64,000 nt of DNA from Chloroflexota bacterium (GCA_036821185.1 DAISKD010000001.1:505934-569933); one strand, 5' to 3'; positions 1 to 10,501 are shown, numbered from the stretch's first letter. Notes: generated by a model not told the origin, from the sequence alone. A program made the numbers and translations.

Positions 1-612
1 TCGATCACAGTCTCGATGATGGTCTTTGCACTGATGATAGGTTGCATGGCGAACCTTCCTGCCAGCATCGCCGGGGACAGGACGAACGGTCTCCTCGCCA
101 AGCTGATATCAATGCCGATAAAACCCTACAGGGACTTTGTCGGCAGAATCTTAGCTGTGATCGCCATCTCCTGCCTGGCAGCAATCTTAGTTGTGATAGC
201 TGGCGCTGCACTTGGAGCACGCTTTTCAGGCACCCAGGCCCAAGTCTTACAAGGAGTTAATTTCATCTTTCTGGTGATTTGTGCCTCCGCCGGGATAGGA
301 CTCATAGCCGGTACGCTGGTTAAAAATCCCCAGGGCGCAATCATGACAGGCATCGGCATAGCAGTAGTAACATCTGCCATATCAGGTCTATTTGCACCAT
401 ACGAATTCCTACCAGCGCCACTTAAGACGTTTGCACGCTTTTATCCCGTTTCATCAGCGCATACATCAATCATATATTTGATAGTCGGACCGGATGTGGC
501 TGCATATAACCCTTTGACTTTTATTCAGATAATGTCCACCGTAGTTTTCTCTCTTGCATTACTTGCGGCTGGCGTAGTCCTATACTCACGGCTTGGCTGG
601 AAAATCGAATAA
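1..612 (+). CDS. ABC-2 type transporter permease, C-terminal part (frame open to the window start; partial)
   Basis: Frame is open from nt 1. The translation is polytopic and hydrophobic, typical of an ABC-2 permease C-terminus. Confidence 0.45.
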   Translation, partial: SITVSMMVFALMIGCMANLPASIAGDRTNGLLAKLISMPIKPYRDFVGRILAVIAISCLAAILVVIAGAALGARFSGTQAQVLQGVNFIFLVICASAGIGLIAGTLVKNPQGAIMTGIGIAVVTSAISGLFAPYEFLPAPLKTFARFYPVSSAHTSIIYLIVGPDVAAYNPLTFIQIMSTVVFSLALLAAGVVLYSRLGWKIE

Positions 613-632
613 ACGTAGAGAAAGGAGAAACA

Positions 633-2366
633 ATGGAGCTGTATCCTGAGTATAACGTGCACTACCCCTTACTACTGACCACTTTCATGAAAAGACCGGT
701 CAATATGTATCCCGATGATATAGGCATCGTTTATCGAAATGAAACAGGACAGTACTTCAGGTTTACCTGGAGGGAATGGTATGAACGTACCTGTCAGCTT
801 GCTCATGCGCTTAAGGACCTAGGGGTAAAACCGGGAAAACCAGGAGAGCCGGGTGACAGGGTGGCCACAATGGCTTTAAATCACCACCGACACCTCGAGC
901 TCTGTTACGCACCAATTTGTATGGGGGCAATAGCTCACCCCATCAACATGAGGCTTTCTCTAGACCACATGTCACACACCATAAATCACGCTGAGGATAA
1001 GATTATATTCGTCGATGACACATTTATTCCGTTGCTAGAAAATATTTACGACCGGATAAAGTCCACTGTTAAAGCCTTTGTGTATATTTCAGACAGCAAT
1101 GAAAGGCCCAAAACAAGGATCAGACCGCTCTATGAATATGAGGAACTTATCAGCAAGCAACCGAAGGCTTTTGATTGGCCCCTTATGAGCGAGGACAATT
1201 ATGCCGTACTTTACTATACTACGGGAACCACGGGCTTGCCTAAAGGGGTGATGTTCACTCACCGGCAGATTTACGTTAAGACATTGCATCTCCTGGCCGA
1301 CATCCTTTTTGCGCCCAGGCTGCCCAGCGATCCTATTTATCTGGGACAGGATCCCCGGATCAGCGTACCGCTGATCAATGTGCCCATGTATCACATCCAT
1401 GCCTGGGGTGGAACATGGCACTACGTCCTTGCCGCTAGCAAGATTGTCCTCCCTGGCAGATTTACCCCCCAAGGTTTTTGTGAACTGGTCCAAACTGAAA
1501 AGGTTACTACCACAGGGCTGGTGCCCACAATGTTAGCCATGCTCCTGGAATACGAGGACCTTCAGAAATATGACCTGAGCAGCCTTACCAGCATTACAGT
1601 GGGCGGTGGTGCCCTCCCGCTAGGCCTGAAAGCAAAAGCTGAAAAGGTGTTCCCTAACTTCACCGTATCTTCCGGTTATGGAATGACAGAAACAAATGCG
1701 GTGGCAACCTTCGCAGCAATCAAGCGTAATATGGTGAACTGGAGCAAAGAGGAATTGGACAGAGTCCGAGTAAAGACGGGAATCCCCTGGACGGGTGTAG
1801 ACTTACAAGTTATTGGAGAGGATGGAAAACCGGTGCCACACGATAACAAGACCCTGGGGGAGATCGTACTTAGAGGTTCGACTATTATGGGGCAATATTA
1901 CAAAGACCCAGAGAAGACTGCCGCTGCATGGCGTGACGGCTGGTTCCACACCGGTGATATGGCTAAAGTAGATGAAGACGGTTACATAATCATCGCCGAT
2001 AGAATAACTGATGTGATCAGAAGCGGAGCTGAAATGGTACCGACTGTGTTGTTAGAAAACCTGACGGCCACATGTGACTGGGTTTTAGAGGCAACTTATG
2101 TGGGAGTCCCAGACGAAAAATGGGGCGAACGACCAATGGCTTTAGTGAAATTGGTTCCCGGCGCCCGAATATCAGAGGAGGACATTTACCGTTTCCTTGA
2201 AGAAGAAGGCGTAGCTAAAGGTAAAATAACAAAATGGATGCTGCCTGATTTCATCGTCATCTGTGATGATATTCCCAAAACCAGTGTAGGCAAGTTTGAT
2301 AAGATAGCAATACGCAAAAGATTAGACGAGTTCATTTCTAGAGCCAGGAAAATGCGCCTGTCATGA
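633..2366 (+). CDS. Long/medium-chain acyl-CoA synthetase (AMP-dependent synthetase/ligase)
   Basis: The AMP-binding signature YTTGTTGLPKGV and a GYGMTE motif are present. A GGAG ribosome-binding site lies 8 nt upstream of the ATG. The protein is 577 aa. Confidence 0.85.
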   Translation: MELYPEYNVHYPLLLTTFMKRPVNMYPDDIGIVYRNETGQYFRFTWREWYERTCQLAHALKDLGVKPGKPGEPGDRVATMALNHHRHLELCYAPICMGAIAHPINMRLSLDHMSHTINHAEDKIIFVDDTFIPLLENIYDRIKSTVKAFVYISDSNERPKTRIRPLYEYEELISKQPKAFDWPLMSEDNYAVLYYTTGTTGLPKGVMFTHRQIYVKTLHLLADILFAPRLPSDPIYLGQDPRISVPLINVPMYHIHAWGGTWHYVLAASKIVLPGRFTPQGFCELVQTEKVTTTGLVPTMLAMLLEYEDLQKYDLSSLTSITVGGGALPLGLKAKAEKVFPNFTVSSGYGMTETNAVATFAAIKRNMVNWSKEELDRVRVKTGIPWTGVDLQVIGEDGKPVPHDNKTLGEIVLRGSTIMGQYYKDPEKTAAAWRDGWFHTGDMAKVDEDGYIIIADRITDVIRSGAEMVPTVLLENLTATCDWVLEATYVGVPDEKWGERPMALVKLVPGARISEEDIYRFLEEEGVAKGKITKWMLPDFIVICDDIPKTSVGKFDKIAIRKRLDEFISRARKMRLS

Positions 2367-2410
2367 GGATGTTGGAACCGATTTAAGTCGAACTGCACAA
2401 AACGCAGACA

Positions 2411-2435
2411 TTGACTTCGGCTAAACCTGTATAAT
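2411..2435 (+). promoter_or_regulatory. Candidate promoter for the pyrophosphatase gene: TTGACT at 2411–2416 and an extended -10 TGTATAAT at 2428–2435 (the -35 spacing is non-canonical)
   Basis: The hexamer matches are read directly from the sequence. The site lies about 140 nt upstream of the hppA start. Confidence 0.3.
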
Positions 2436-2572
2436 AAAATATCAGCCGCTCATGCTCGACTTCGAATCGCTTTATGAGTACGTCTCTGCTCAACTAACAA
2501 TTATGTACCACCTGGACCATCTCTGGCTTAGCCCGGGGCCAGGGATTTAGAATTTCATCAAAGGAGGTATCA

Positions 2573-4783
2573 ATGGCACAAATTCCTGGAATCTTCTGGG
2601 TAGTGGTAGTGGGCTGCGCTATTGGTATTGTATTTGCGCTGGCACTTATAAGGTACATCCTGCGGGCAGACGCAGGTACACCAGCAATGCAAGATGTAAA
2701 CTCCAGAATTGCAGAGGGTGCCTGGGCATTTATACGCCGCCAGTACTCCACCATCGGTATAACCGCCTTGGTAGTGGCGGCGCTGATTGGATTCCTGCTT
2801 GCCAGATTGAGCAGCCCTGCAGAACTGGAAATGCTTGGGGTCTCGGCAGTTGGCCTAGGCTGGCGTACTGCGCTCGCCTTCCTTGTAGGCGGGATTTGCT
2901 CTTGCGTCTCTGGTATTGTAGGGATGTGGATTGCAGTAAAATCGAATGTACGCTGCGCTGCAGCCTCCCACCGGGGCCTTAATGAGGCTATCAAAGTCGC
3001 ATTGCGGGGCGGAGCTGTTTCGGGGTTCCTCATAGTCACCCTCAGTCTGTTAGGAGTAACGATAATGTTCTTCGCCTACGGCGGAGCTACTCATCCCGAA
3101 ATTGCCCCTCACCTTATCGTCGCCTTCGGCTTCGGTGCCAGCATGGTAGCCCTTTTCGCACAGCTTGGCGGCGGCATCTACACCAAGGCTGCCGACATGG
3201 GCGCTGACCTGGCTGGCAAAGTGGAGGCAGGCATCCCCGAAGACGACCCACGGAATGCTGCTGTAATCGCTGACCAGGTTGGTGACAATGTGGGCGATTG
3301 TGCTGGACGCGGTGCAGATCTGTTTGAGTCCACAGCTGCCGAGAACATAGGCGCCATGATAATCGGCACTGCACTGTACCTCATATCGGTCAAGGCAGGT
3401 ATGGCACCGCTAACTGCTGTGGGCTGGGTGCTCTTCCCCTTGGTCATCCGCGCCTGCGGCATCATCGCCAGTATGATTGGCATACTGGCAGTACATAGCC
3501 GCCGCGAGGGCGAAAATCCGATGGATGCCCTGAACCGCGGATACTACGTGGCATTAGCTTTGTGCGGCGCATCTATGGTAGGCATTTGTAAGGTCATGTT
3601 CGGACCACTGGCATCGGGGTGGCTATGGCTCATGGCAGCAGGCCTTGTCGGCATCATCACCAGTGTGGTCGTAGTCTATATCACACAGTACTATACCGAA
3701 GCAAGATACAAGCCAACAAGAAGCATTGCTGAAGCCTCCCGCACAGGCCCGGCGACAAACTTTGTAACCGGTATGTCCGTTGGCTTCGAGACAATAATGC
3801 CCACTGCACTGGTAATTTGTATTGCCCTAGCACTCACCTACTGGTTCGGCACCCTTTCAGGACTTGACCTGCCCTGGTGGATAAGCGGTGCTTACGGCAC
3901 GGCAATCGCTACAATGGGCATGCTCATGACCTGTCCCTTCATCCTCGCCGAAGACACCTTTGGTCCCATAACTGACAATGCCAACGGGATCAACGAATTC
4001 ACAAAGGCAGGCGACCACATAAGGAAAGTAACTGACCACCTTGACGCCACCGGCAACACCACCAAAGCCTTGACCAAAGGCTACGCTATGGTATCAGCAG
4101 GTCTAGCTGGCTTTTTGCTTTTCCAGGCTTATTTTGACAGGGTGCTGCTCTTCCAGGGCAAAGAGGGACAGTTATTCAACATAAACTTGGTCATCCCCGA
4201 GGTGCTCATCGGCGCTGTGCTGGCGATAATGATGGTATTCCTTTTCAGCGCCTGGGCATTGCGGTCGGTAGGCAATGCAGCCAGCAAGATAATCGACGAG
4301 GTGCTCCGCCAGATAAAGTCAGACCCCGGGATAATGGCCGGCACCTCCCGCCCGGACTACGCCAGGGCGGTTGACATCACCACCCGAGCAGCCCTTAAGG
4401 GAATGATAGCGCCGGGATTACTGCCCGTGCTCTTGCCCGTGCTGATCGGCGTCTTTTTTGCCTATGTCAAGATAAGCGGGTTTAGCGCCCCAGCAGCTGT
4501 AGGGTCCTTCCTTATGGTGGGCACCTTCGCCTCCATCCTTCTTGCATCCTTCATGAACAACGGCGGTGGCGCTTGGGATAATGCTAAGAAATACATTGAG
4601 GACGGACAACTTAAGGATGAAGCTGGGAATATCATCGGCAAAGGCTCACCCACACACGCTGCTGCAGTTGCTGGCGACACAGTCGGCGACCCGCTTAAAG
4701 ACACAGTTGGTCCCTCCCTGCACATCGTCGCCAAACTTATAGCTACCGTGACACTAGTGCTTTGCCCTCTGTGGATCGTCTAG
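2573..4783 (+). CDS. hppA: Membrane-bound proton-translocating pyrophosphatase (V-type H+-PPase), K+-independent type
   Basis: The motifs GGGIYTKAADMGADLAGKVE, DNVGDCAGRGADLFES and DTVGDPLKDT are present. The GNTTKA motif, with Lys rather than Ala, marks the K+-independent clade. A strong AAGGAGG ribosome-binding site is present. The protein is 736 aa with about 16 transmembrane segments. Confidence 0.9.
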   Translation: MAQIPGIFWVVVVGCAIGIVFALALIRYILRADAGTPAMQDVNSRIAEGAWAFIRRQYSTIGITALVVAALIGFLLARLSSPAELEMLGVSAVGLGWRTALAFLVGGICSCVSGIVGMWIAVKSNVRCAAASHRGLNEAIKVALRGGAVSGFLIVTLSLLGVTIMFFAYGGATHPEIAPHLIVAFGFGASMVALFAQLGGGIYTKAADMGADLAGKVEAGIPEDDPRNAAVIADQVGDNVGDCAGRGADLFESTAAENIGAMIIGTALYLISVKAGMAPLTAVGWVLFPLVIRACGIIASMIGILAVHSRREGENPMDALNRGYYVALALCGASMVGICKVMFGPLASGWLWLMAAGLVGIITSVVVVYITQYYTEARYKPTRSIAEASRTGPATNFVTGMSVGFETIMPTALVICIALALTYWFGTLSGLDLPWWISGAYGTAIATMGMLMTCPFILAEDTFGPITDNANGINEFTKAGDHIRKVTDHLDATGNTTKALTKGYAMVSAGLAGFLLFQAYFDRVLLFQGKEGQLFNINLVIPEVLIGAVLAIMMVFLFSAWALRSVGNAASKIIDEVLRQIKSDPGIMAGTSRPDYARAVDITTRAALKGMIAPGLLPVLLPVLIGVFFAYVKISGFSAPAAVGSFLMVGTFASILLASFMNNGGGAWDNAKKYIEDGQLKDEAGNIIGKGSPTHAAAVAGDTVGDPLKDTVGPSLHIVAKLIATVTLVLCPLWIV

Positions 4784-4811
4784 AAGAGCACTGCTGAACT
4801 AGCCCGCAAAC

Positions 4812-4847
4812 AAAGAGGCAACCCCTAGAGAAAGGGGTTGCCTCTTT
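4812..4847. terminator. Bidirectional intrinsic terminator hairpin between the convergent hppA and MBL-hydrolase genes
   Basis: A perfect 14-bp inverted repeat, AAAGAGGCAACCCC-N8-GGGGTTGCCTCTTT, is followed by TTTGTT. It overlaps the last codons of the minus-strand gene. Confidence 0.55.
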
Positions 4848-5448
4848 GTTCCTCGCCTATGGTAGTGGGTGGCCCATGCCCTGGGTAGACGACGGTATCA
4901 TCAGGCAGAGACATCAGCTTACTTTTGATGCTGTGGATAAGCTGCCTGTGGCTGCAGCCGGGAAAATCGCTTCTGCCGACACCATAGTTAAACAGGGTAT
5001 CACCGGTAAAAACCATACCATGACCGTACAGGCATATACCCCCAGGACTATGCCCAGGGGTATGCAAAACGGTAAAACGCAAGCCGCCAATTTCGATGAC
5101 ATCACCGTCTTTAAGTAACCTCTCCGGGTGAGGAGACTTAGAAAAAGACCCGCCGGTCATTGAAGCTATCATCCGGGCAAACGGCCCTATGTGCATCGAC
5201 GCCTCCGCCTCATGTATAGCCAACTGAGCCCCAGTTGCCTCCTTAACCGCAGGCACCGCTCCGATATGGTCGAAATGGGCATGAGTAACCACGATCACTG
5301 AAATGGATAACCCCAGCTCGCCAATAGCTTTGATAATGGTTCTGGCTTCGGCGCCCGGGTCTATAACGATGCCCTGCCTCGAAGCTTCATCGCCCACGAT
5401 ATAACAATTAGCGCCCAATGGGCCGACCACAAGATGTTTGAGAATCAT
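4825..5448 (-). CDS. MBL-fold metallo-hydrolase (hydroxyacylglutathione hydrolase-like)
   Basis: The metal-binding motif HAHFDHIGA and downstream His/Asp ligands are present. The protein is 207 aa. Confidence 0.7.
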   Translation of the reverse strand: MILKHLVVGPLGANCYIVGDEASRQGIVIDPGAEARTIIKAIGELGLSISVIVVTHAHFDHIGAVPAVKEATGAQLAIHEAEASMHIGPFARMIASMTGGSFSKSPHPERLLKDGDVIEIGGLRFTVLHTPGHSPGGICLYGHGMVFTGDTLFNYGVGRSDFPGCSHRQLIHSIKSKLMSLPDDTVVYPGHGPPTTIGEEQRGNPFL

Positions 5449-5489
5449 ATTTTAGCCACCGAGCAATAGCCAGATAATTTGGGTGGGGA

Positions 5490-6440
5490 CTAAGTCGACC
5501 TTATCTCCTCACGCATGAACTTAATATAAGAGGCAGCAAAGCACAGTGCTGTTAGGGCGATCAGACTGGTCACCTGAGGCCACACCACTACAAGACTCTG
5601 CCCCAGGGACAGCGGGGTAGGCATCATACCTGCGGTATAGATGCTTATCAACATTAAGGTAGAACTGGGATTGCTCAACTCTGGCATGAGCAATACCTGC
5701 ACGCTTTCACCGTATAAAGTGCTAGGGGAGATCCTGTTGATACTGCGATAAATCTCGTCATGGCGGGCCAACGTACCAACAGTAGAATTGTAGTCGATCG
5801 GGACAATCGCATTAGCAACAAAGGTTGCGATCATACCGACGAAAAGAAACATAAACAGCCACACGGCGACGGATGCTAACGCTGAAGTAGCCGTGCGATT
5901 GAACAACACCGAGAAAAGCACGGCAAGGGACAACCAGAACCCGCCGTAAACTATGCTGATGAACACAAACACAAAAAGACGCAGTACCTCTTCCGCCGTC
6001 GGAGGTATACCTATCATACGCAGACCCATGCCAGCCACCAATGTTACTATACTCAGCACCAGAATAGACAGGGTCACCAATCCGGCGAGGAACTTCCCAT
6101 TTATCACCGAGTCCCGATAGAGTGGCTGGGAAAGTAAGCGGCTCAAGTTGCCGCTGGTGCGCTCACTATTTATAGCATCAAAACCCAGGGCTATGCCAAT
6201 AATGGGAATAAACAGTGAGAGAAAGAAAGGAAATGAAAACGGGATGTTCTCGCCGGAAAGGATAAAGAGCCTTAAAAAAATAAATCTGGTTGTCGCAGTG
6301 ACATCAGCCCTTATGTTCTCCGCCGCCACATATATGGCAGCCACACCAGCGAGATATACAAGGATGGACAATATGATAAAGCGTAAGCTGCTGAAATGGT
6401 CACTAAGCTCTTTCCAAAAAACAGCCATTAGCCCTTTCAT
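5490..6440 (-). CDS. ABC-2 family transporter permease
   Basis: The protein is a 316-aa polytopic membrane protein. It lies directly downstream of an ABC ATPase in the same operon. Confidence 0.7.
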   Translation of the reverse strand: MKGLMAVFWKELSDHFSSLRFIILSILVYLAGVAAIYVAAENIRADVTATTRFIFLRLFILSGENIPFSFPFFLSLFIPIIGIALGFDAINSERTSGNLSRLLSQPLYRDSVINGKFLAGLVTLSILVLSIVTLVAGMGLRMIGIPPTAEEVLRLFVFVFISIVYGGFWLSLAVLFSVLFNRTATSALASVAVWLFMFLFVGMIATFVANAIVPIDYNSTVGTLARHDEIYRSINRISPSTLYGESVQVLLMPELSNPSSTLMLISIYTAGMMPTPLSLGQSLVVVWPQVTSLIALTALCFAASYIKFMREEIRST

Positions 6441-6442
6441 AG

Positions 6443-7369
6443 CTAGTCCCGAAAATACCTGAGATATATATCGTCCAAACTGTACTCCTCCATTTTCATC
6501 TGGAGGAGCAGGCTATCGCTATCTACTATAGCACGTGCGATCTGTGGTCTTATATCCCCATCACAGCTAATCAACAGCCTGTCACCTTCTACCTCCACGT
6601 TTCCCACACCGGCGATATCTTTTACCGCCTTTAGAAGCCTATCGCTGACCGGCGAAACTTGAGCCTCTATTCTGAACTTCCCTCCGCCAATGATACTCCT
6701 CCCCAGCTCCTCTACCGAGCCCTCGGCCACCAGTCGTCCATTAGCCATGATACCTACCCTGGTGCAGACCTTCTGGACCTGATGCAACTGGTGGGATGAG
6801 ATGAAAACAGTTACATTGCGCCGTGCCATACCTTTAATCAACGCCAGCACCTGTTCAGTACCTTCAGGATCAATGCCAGCAGTCGGCTCATCAAAAAAGG
6901 CTATCTTCGGATCTTTAATCATCACATCAGCGATGCCCAAACGTTGCTTCATCCCATGAGAGAAAGTACCCACCTTATGCTCAGCAACATCACTCAGCCC
7001 CACCAACTCCAGCAACTCGTCGATCTTTTTCTTGGCAACCTCCATAGAAAGACCATTCAAGGCGGCTGTGTACTCCAGATTCTCTCGTGCCGTCATGTCG
7101 TCATAGAAACCGACTTTCTCCGGCAGATACCCGGCAACCCTTTTTACCTTCAATGGCTCTCTCGTCGGATCATAACCGCATACAAGGGCACCACCAGATG
7201 TGGGCTCAGTCAGACCCAGCAACATCAATATCGTCGTCGTCTTGCCAGCACCATTGGGACCCAAGAAACCAAAGACCTCACCCTCACCCACTTGAAGATT
7301 TAGCTTATTAACGGCTATTTTGTTTTTGTAGCTTTTGGTCAGTTCCTTAGTTTCGACAGCATATTGCAT
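6443..7369 (-). CDS. ABC transporter ATP-binding protein
   Basis: A Walker A motif GPNGAGKTT, a signature/Q-loop region and a Walker B motif FFDEPT are present. The gene abuts the permease with a 3-nt gap. Confidence 0.85.
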   Translation of the reverse strand: MQYAVETKELTKSYKNKIAVNKLNLQVGEGEVFGFLGPNGAGKTTTILMLLGLTEPTSGGALVCGYDPTREPLKVKRVAGYLPEKVGFYDDMTARENLEYTAALNGLSMEVAKKKIDELLELVGLSDVAEHKVGTFSHGMKQRLGIADVMIKDPKIAFFDEPTAGIDPEGTEQVLALIKGMARRNVTVFISSHQLHQVQKVCTRVGIMANGRLVAEGSVEELGRSIIGGGKFRIEAQVSPVSDRLLKAVKDIAGVGNVEVEGDRLLISCDGDIRPQIARAIVDSDSLLLQMKMEEYSLDDIYLRYFRD

Positions 7370-7381
7370 AAGTGCAAATCC

Positions 7382-8326
7382 TCATCGCCTACCTAAGCGC
7401 ATAAATAGCACCGCCAATCCGGCGATTACCAGCACTATGATGCCAACCCCCACCCACCCCCACACCGTCGGCACCAACACCGTAACCCTAATGCTAGCGC
7501 TGCCGAAAGCGTTCTTCGCCTCAGTATCAGCCGAAATGCTCACCATATAGTCCCCAGCTATAGTTTTCCGTGCTGGCTTGATATTGACCTGCACCTCCCG
7601 CTCATCACCAACAGCTAGGGAATCAATCTTGCCAGGATTGAAGGTAATGCTCCAACCCTGGGGGCTACCCGTTACACTGGAACTAAAATTGATCTTTTCC
7701 AAAGTTGCTGTACCCGTATTCTTCACTTTGATGGAAAAATAGTTGTCATCGCCAGCAGTGACTTCGGTATTGTACCGCCCTGTGCTTGGCTGGAGGCTCA
7801 TATCATACTTGGCGGTCACAATGGCTTTAAGCTCAATGCTGCTCTTAATGTGTCCAGAGCTGGCATAGACCTTTACCGTATATTCGCCTGGCTCAGGCGT
7901 CAGCCAGACATACGGGCGCACTGTGACCTTTATCGTCTCCGGATAGCCCTTTTCCGGGTCAATGCGTATGGCCGCTATTTCCGTTGTTTCATACCCGGGA
8001 GTAATAGAACAGGTAAAACCGGGGGGTGCTTCAGCCTTAAGATCAAACACCCGAGGCTCTTTGCCGCCGGTGTACTGTAAATCAATACTATATGAGAAAT
8101 AGGTGCCTGCGTAGCTGCTGAGTACAGGATATCTACAGGTCATGGTCAACTCTTCTGTGGCAGGCGACTTCTGGGCGGGAAATTGGCTGCCGGGGATTTT
8201 GCCCAGGACAGTGCTGGCAAGCACCGGAGAGTGAGGCGTCAGTCCAAGGCTTATCACAATCAAAAAAGCAAACAACACCAAGCTCGACCAAATTCTGACT
8301 CTACGCATAACACACTCCTCCAACAA
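7382..8326 (-). CDS. Exported beta-rich protein with an N-terminal signal/anchor and a C-terminal TM helix (NEW3/CARDB-like accessory of the ABC-2 exporter). The true start is probably the internal MRRVRIW.
   Basis: A hydrophobic N-terminus and a C-terminal segment WGWVGVGIIVLVIAGLAVLF followed by RLGRR are present, with Thr/Ser-rich beta repeats between. It is the first gene of the operon 8326 to 5490. Confidence 0.5.
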   Translation of the reverse strand: MLEECVMRRVRIWSSLVLFAFLIVISLGLTPHSPVLASTVLGKIPGSQFPAQKSPATEELTMTCRYPVLSSYAGTYFSYSIDLQYTGGKEPRVFDLKAEAPPGFTCSITPGYETTEIAAIRIDPEKGYPETIKVTVRPYVWLTPEPGEYTVKVYASSGHIKSSIELKAIVTAKYDMSLQPSTGRYNTEVTAGDDNYFSIKVKNTGTATLEKINFSSSVTGSPQGWSITFNPGKIDSLAVGDEREVQVNIKPARKTIAGDYMVSISADTEAKNAFGSASIRVTVLVPTVWGWVGVGIIVLVIAGLAVLFMRLGRR

Positions 8327-8451
8327 AGTAAACTTTGTCGCTAAATAGGCATCACGCAGCCTTTCGAACTTACGCTTCGAGTTAGATATTCTAGACCAAA
8401 CGTCGCCCGTTGTAAAGCTTGCCTAACGAGTATCTTCGCTAACTATCAAAG

Positions 8452-10269
8452 TTAGCGCATCTTTTTCGCCTTGGCAAGAAATTCGTTTAGAGTCTTACGA
8501 ATAGTTATCTTATCGAACTTACCAACACTGGTCTTCGGTATAGCATCACAAAAAGCTATATAGTCTGGCAGCATCCACTTCGTTATCTTGCCCTTCTCCA
8601 CTCCGTGAACCTCGAGAAACTTGTAAATATCATCCTCCGTCGCAGAGGAACCAGGTACGAGCTTGACAATTGCCATGGGGCGCTCGCCCCACTTTTCGTC
8701 AGGAACACCGACAAACGTTGCTTCAAGGACATGGTCACAGGTCGCCGTCAAATTCTCCAGCAACACAGTGGGCACCATCTCAGCACCACTCCTGATCACA
8801 TCGGTTATCCTGTCAGCAATGATGATGTAGCCCTCCTGGTCCACCTTGGCCATGTCTCCGGTATGGAACCAACCATCGCGCCAAGCAGTAGCGGTTTTCT
8901 CTGGGTCCTTGTAATACTGTTCCGTGATCCAGTGTCCTCTAATCACTATCTCGCCCAAAGTCTCATTGTCGTGGGGGACAGGCTTGCCATCCTCGCCAAT
9001 CACCTGCACCTCGATTCCCAATGGTGCCAGCCCCGTCTTGACCCTAACTTCGTCCTGCTTTTCCTTGGGCCAGTCAAGCATATAACGCTTCAACGTAGCC
9101 AAAATAGCAGGACCGGCTGTCTCCGTCATCCCATAGCCTGATCCTGCACGCAGGAACGGGAACACCTTCTCAGCTTTAGCTTTAAGCCCTAACGGTAAGG
9201 CTGCACCTCCCGTCCCGATGGTGCGCAGACTGCTCAAGTCATATTTCTTCAGGTCTTCATACTCAATAAGCATCGCCAGCATAGTTGGCACAAGCGCTGC
9301 AGAAGTGACACGTTCCGTTTGCACAATTTCACAAAAAGCCTGTGGACTGAACCTGCCCGGAAATACTATCTTACTCGCCGAGGCAACACTATACCAGGGT
9401 GAACCCCAGCCATGGATATGAAAGAGGGGGATATTCACCAGGGGTACATTCACCCTAGGTATGTCCTTGACCAGTACATCGAGCAATTCTTGCCACCGAC
9501 CCCCGCCAGCTATCGCTTTGTCAACCATATCAGCCTTTGAAGTCATTACTGTCTCCAGCATCTCAACCATGCTGTTCGTAAGCATCATCCCACCTAAAGC
9601 CAGCAAATGGATGCTCTGGAGATAAAGTTGCCGGTGAGTGAACATCACCCCTTTGGGTATGCCAGTCGTACCAGTTGTATAGTACAGAGCGGCATAGGTG
9701 TCCTCATCCAGCATCGGCCAGTCGAATTCCTCGGGTTGCCCTTTAATTAACTCTTCGTACTCGTATAACGGCTCTACTCGCGTCTGAGGCTTTCCGGGAC
9801 GGTCAGACATGTAGACAAATGCTTTTACCGTTGACTTTATCTGGTCATATATTAGGTCAAGTAGAGGTAGAATAATTTCATCAACAAATATGATCTTGTC
9901 TTCAGCATGGTTTATGGTATGCACCATGTGCTCGCGCGAGAGCACCACATTAATCGGGTGGGACACCGCTCCAATACACGTCCCGGCATAGACCAGCTCC
10001 AGGTGCCGGTGAGAGTTAAGCGCCATGGCTCCTATCCGGTCACCCGGCTCACCCGGCTTCCCCGACTTCACCCCGAGTTGCTTTAACGCGTGGGCAAGCT
10101 GACAAGTACGCTTGTGCCACTGTCGCCAGGTGAACCGATAATACTCCCCAGCCTCATTACGGTAGACAACTCCAATATCGTCCGGGTAGAGTCGCACTGG
10201 TCTATGCATAAAAACTGTCAGTAACAGCGGATAGCGACTACTGAACTCTGGGTATGTCTTGACCTGCAC
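8452..10269 (-). CDS. Acyl-CoA synthetase, paralog of the 633–2366 gene (GTG start with an AAGGAGGG ribosome-binding site; the ORF-track extension to 10335 is probably not translated)
   Basis: The protein is roughly 65–70% identical by eye to the first ACS, for example YPLLLTVFMHRPVRLYPDDIGVVYRNEAGEYYRFTW versus YPLLLTTFMKRPVNMYPDDIGIVYRNETGQYFRFTW. The YTTGTTGIPKGV motif is present. It carries an extra insertion of about 45 aa after the A3 region. Confidence 0.85.
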   Translation of the reverse strand: MQVKTYPEFSSRYPLLLTVFMHRPVRLYPDDIGVVYRNEAGEYYRFTWRQWHKRTCQLAHALKQLGVKSGKPGEPGDRIGAMALNSHRHLELVYAGTCIGAVSHPINVVLSREHMVHTINHAEDKIIFVDEIILPLLDLIYDQIKSTVKAFVYMSDRPGKPQTRVEPLYEYEELIKGQPEEFDWPMLDEDTYAALYYTTGTTGIPKGVMFTHRQLYLQSIHLLALGGMMLTNSMVEMLETVMTSKADMVDKAIAGGGRWQELLDVLVKDIPRVNVPLVNIPLFHIHGWGSPWYSVASASKIVFPGRFSPQAFCEIVQTERVTSAALVPTMLAMLIEYEDLKKYDLSSLRTIGTGGAALPLGLKAKAEKVFPFLRAGSGYGMTETAGPAILATLKRYMLDWPKEKQDEVRVKTGLAPLGIEVQVIGEDGKPVPHDNETLGEIVIRGHWITEQYYKDPEKTATAWRDGWFHTGDMAKVDQEGYIIIADRITDVIRSGAEMVPTVLLENLTATCDHVLEATFVGVPDEKWGERPMAIVKLVPGSSATEDDIYKFLEVHGVEKGKITKWMLPDYIAFCDAIPKTSVGKFDKITIRKTLNEFLAKAKKMR

Positions 10270-10501
10270 GTTACCCTCCTTGTGAAAATTTTTTACTCCC
10301 TCCGCCTGATACAAACATAATGAAATACAGCTCAAAGGAGAACTTCACCCTGATTGACCAGGTGGATAATAGTGTTTATACCATCATACCGCTGTGCTGT
10401 CAAGTAAAACCCGAGCTAATGCATGCCCTTGACCAGAAAATAACCAAGCTGCTAAAATTCGGGTTATCCCCAATGAAATCCACAATTAACATAAAAGGAG
10501 G

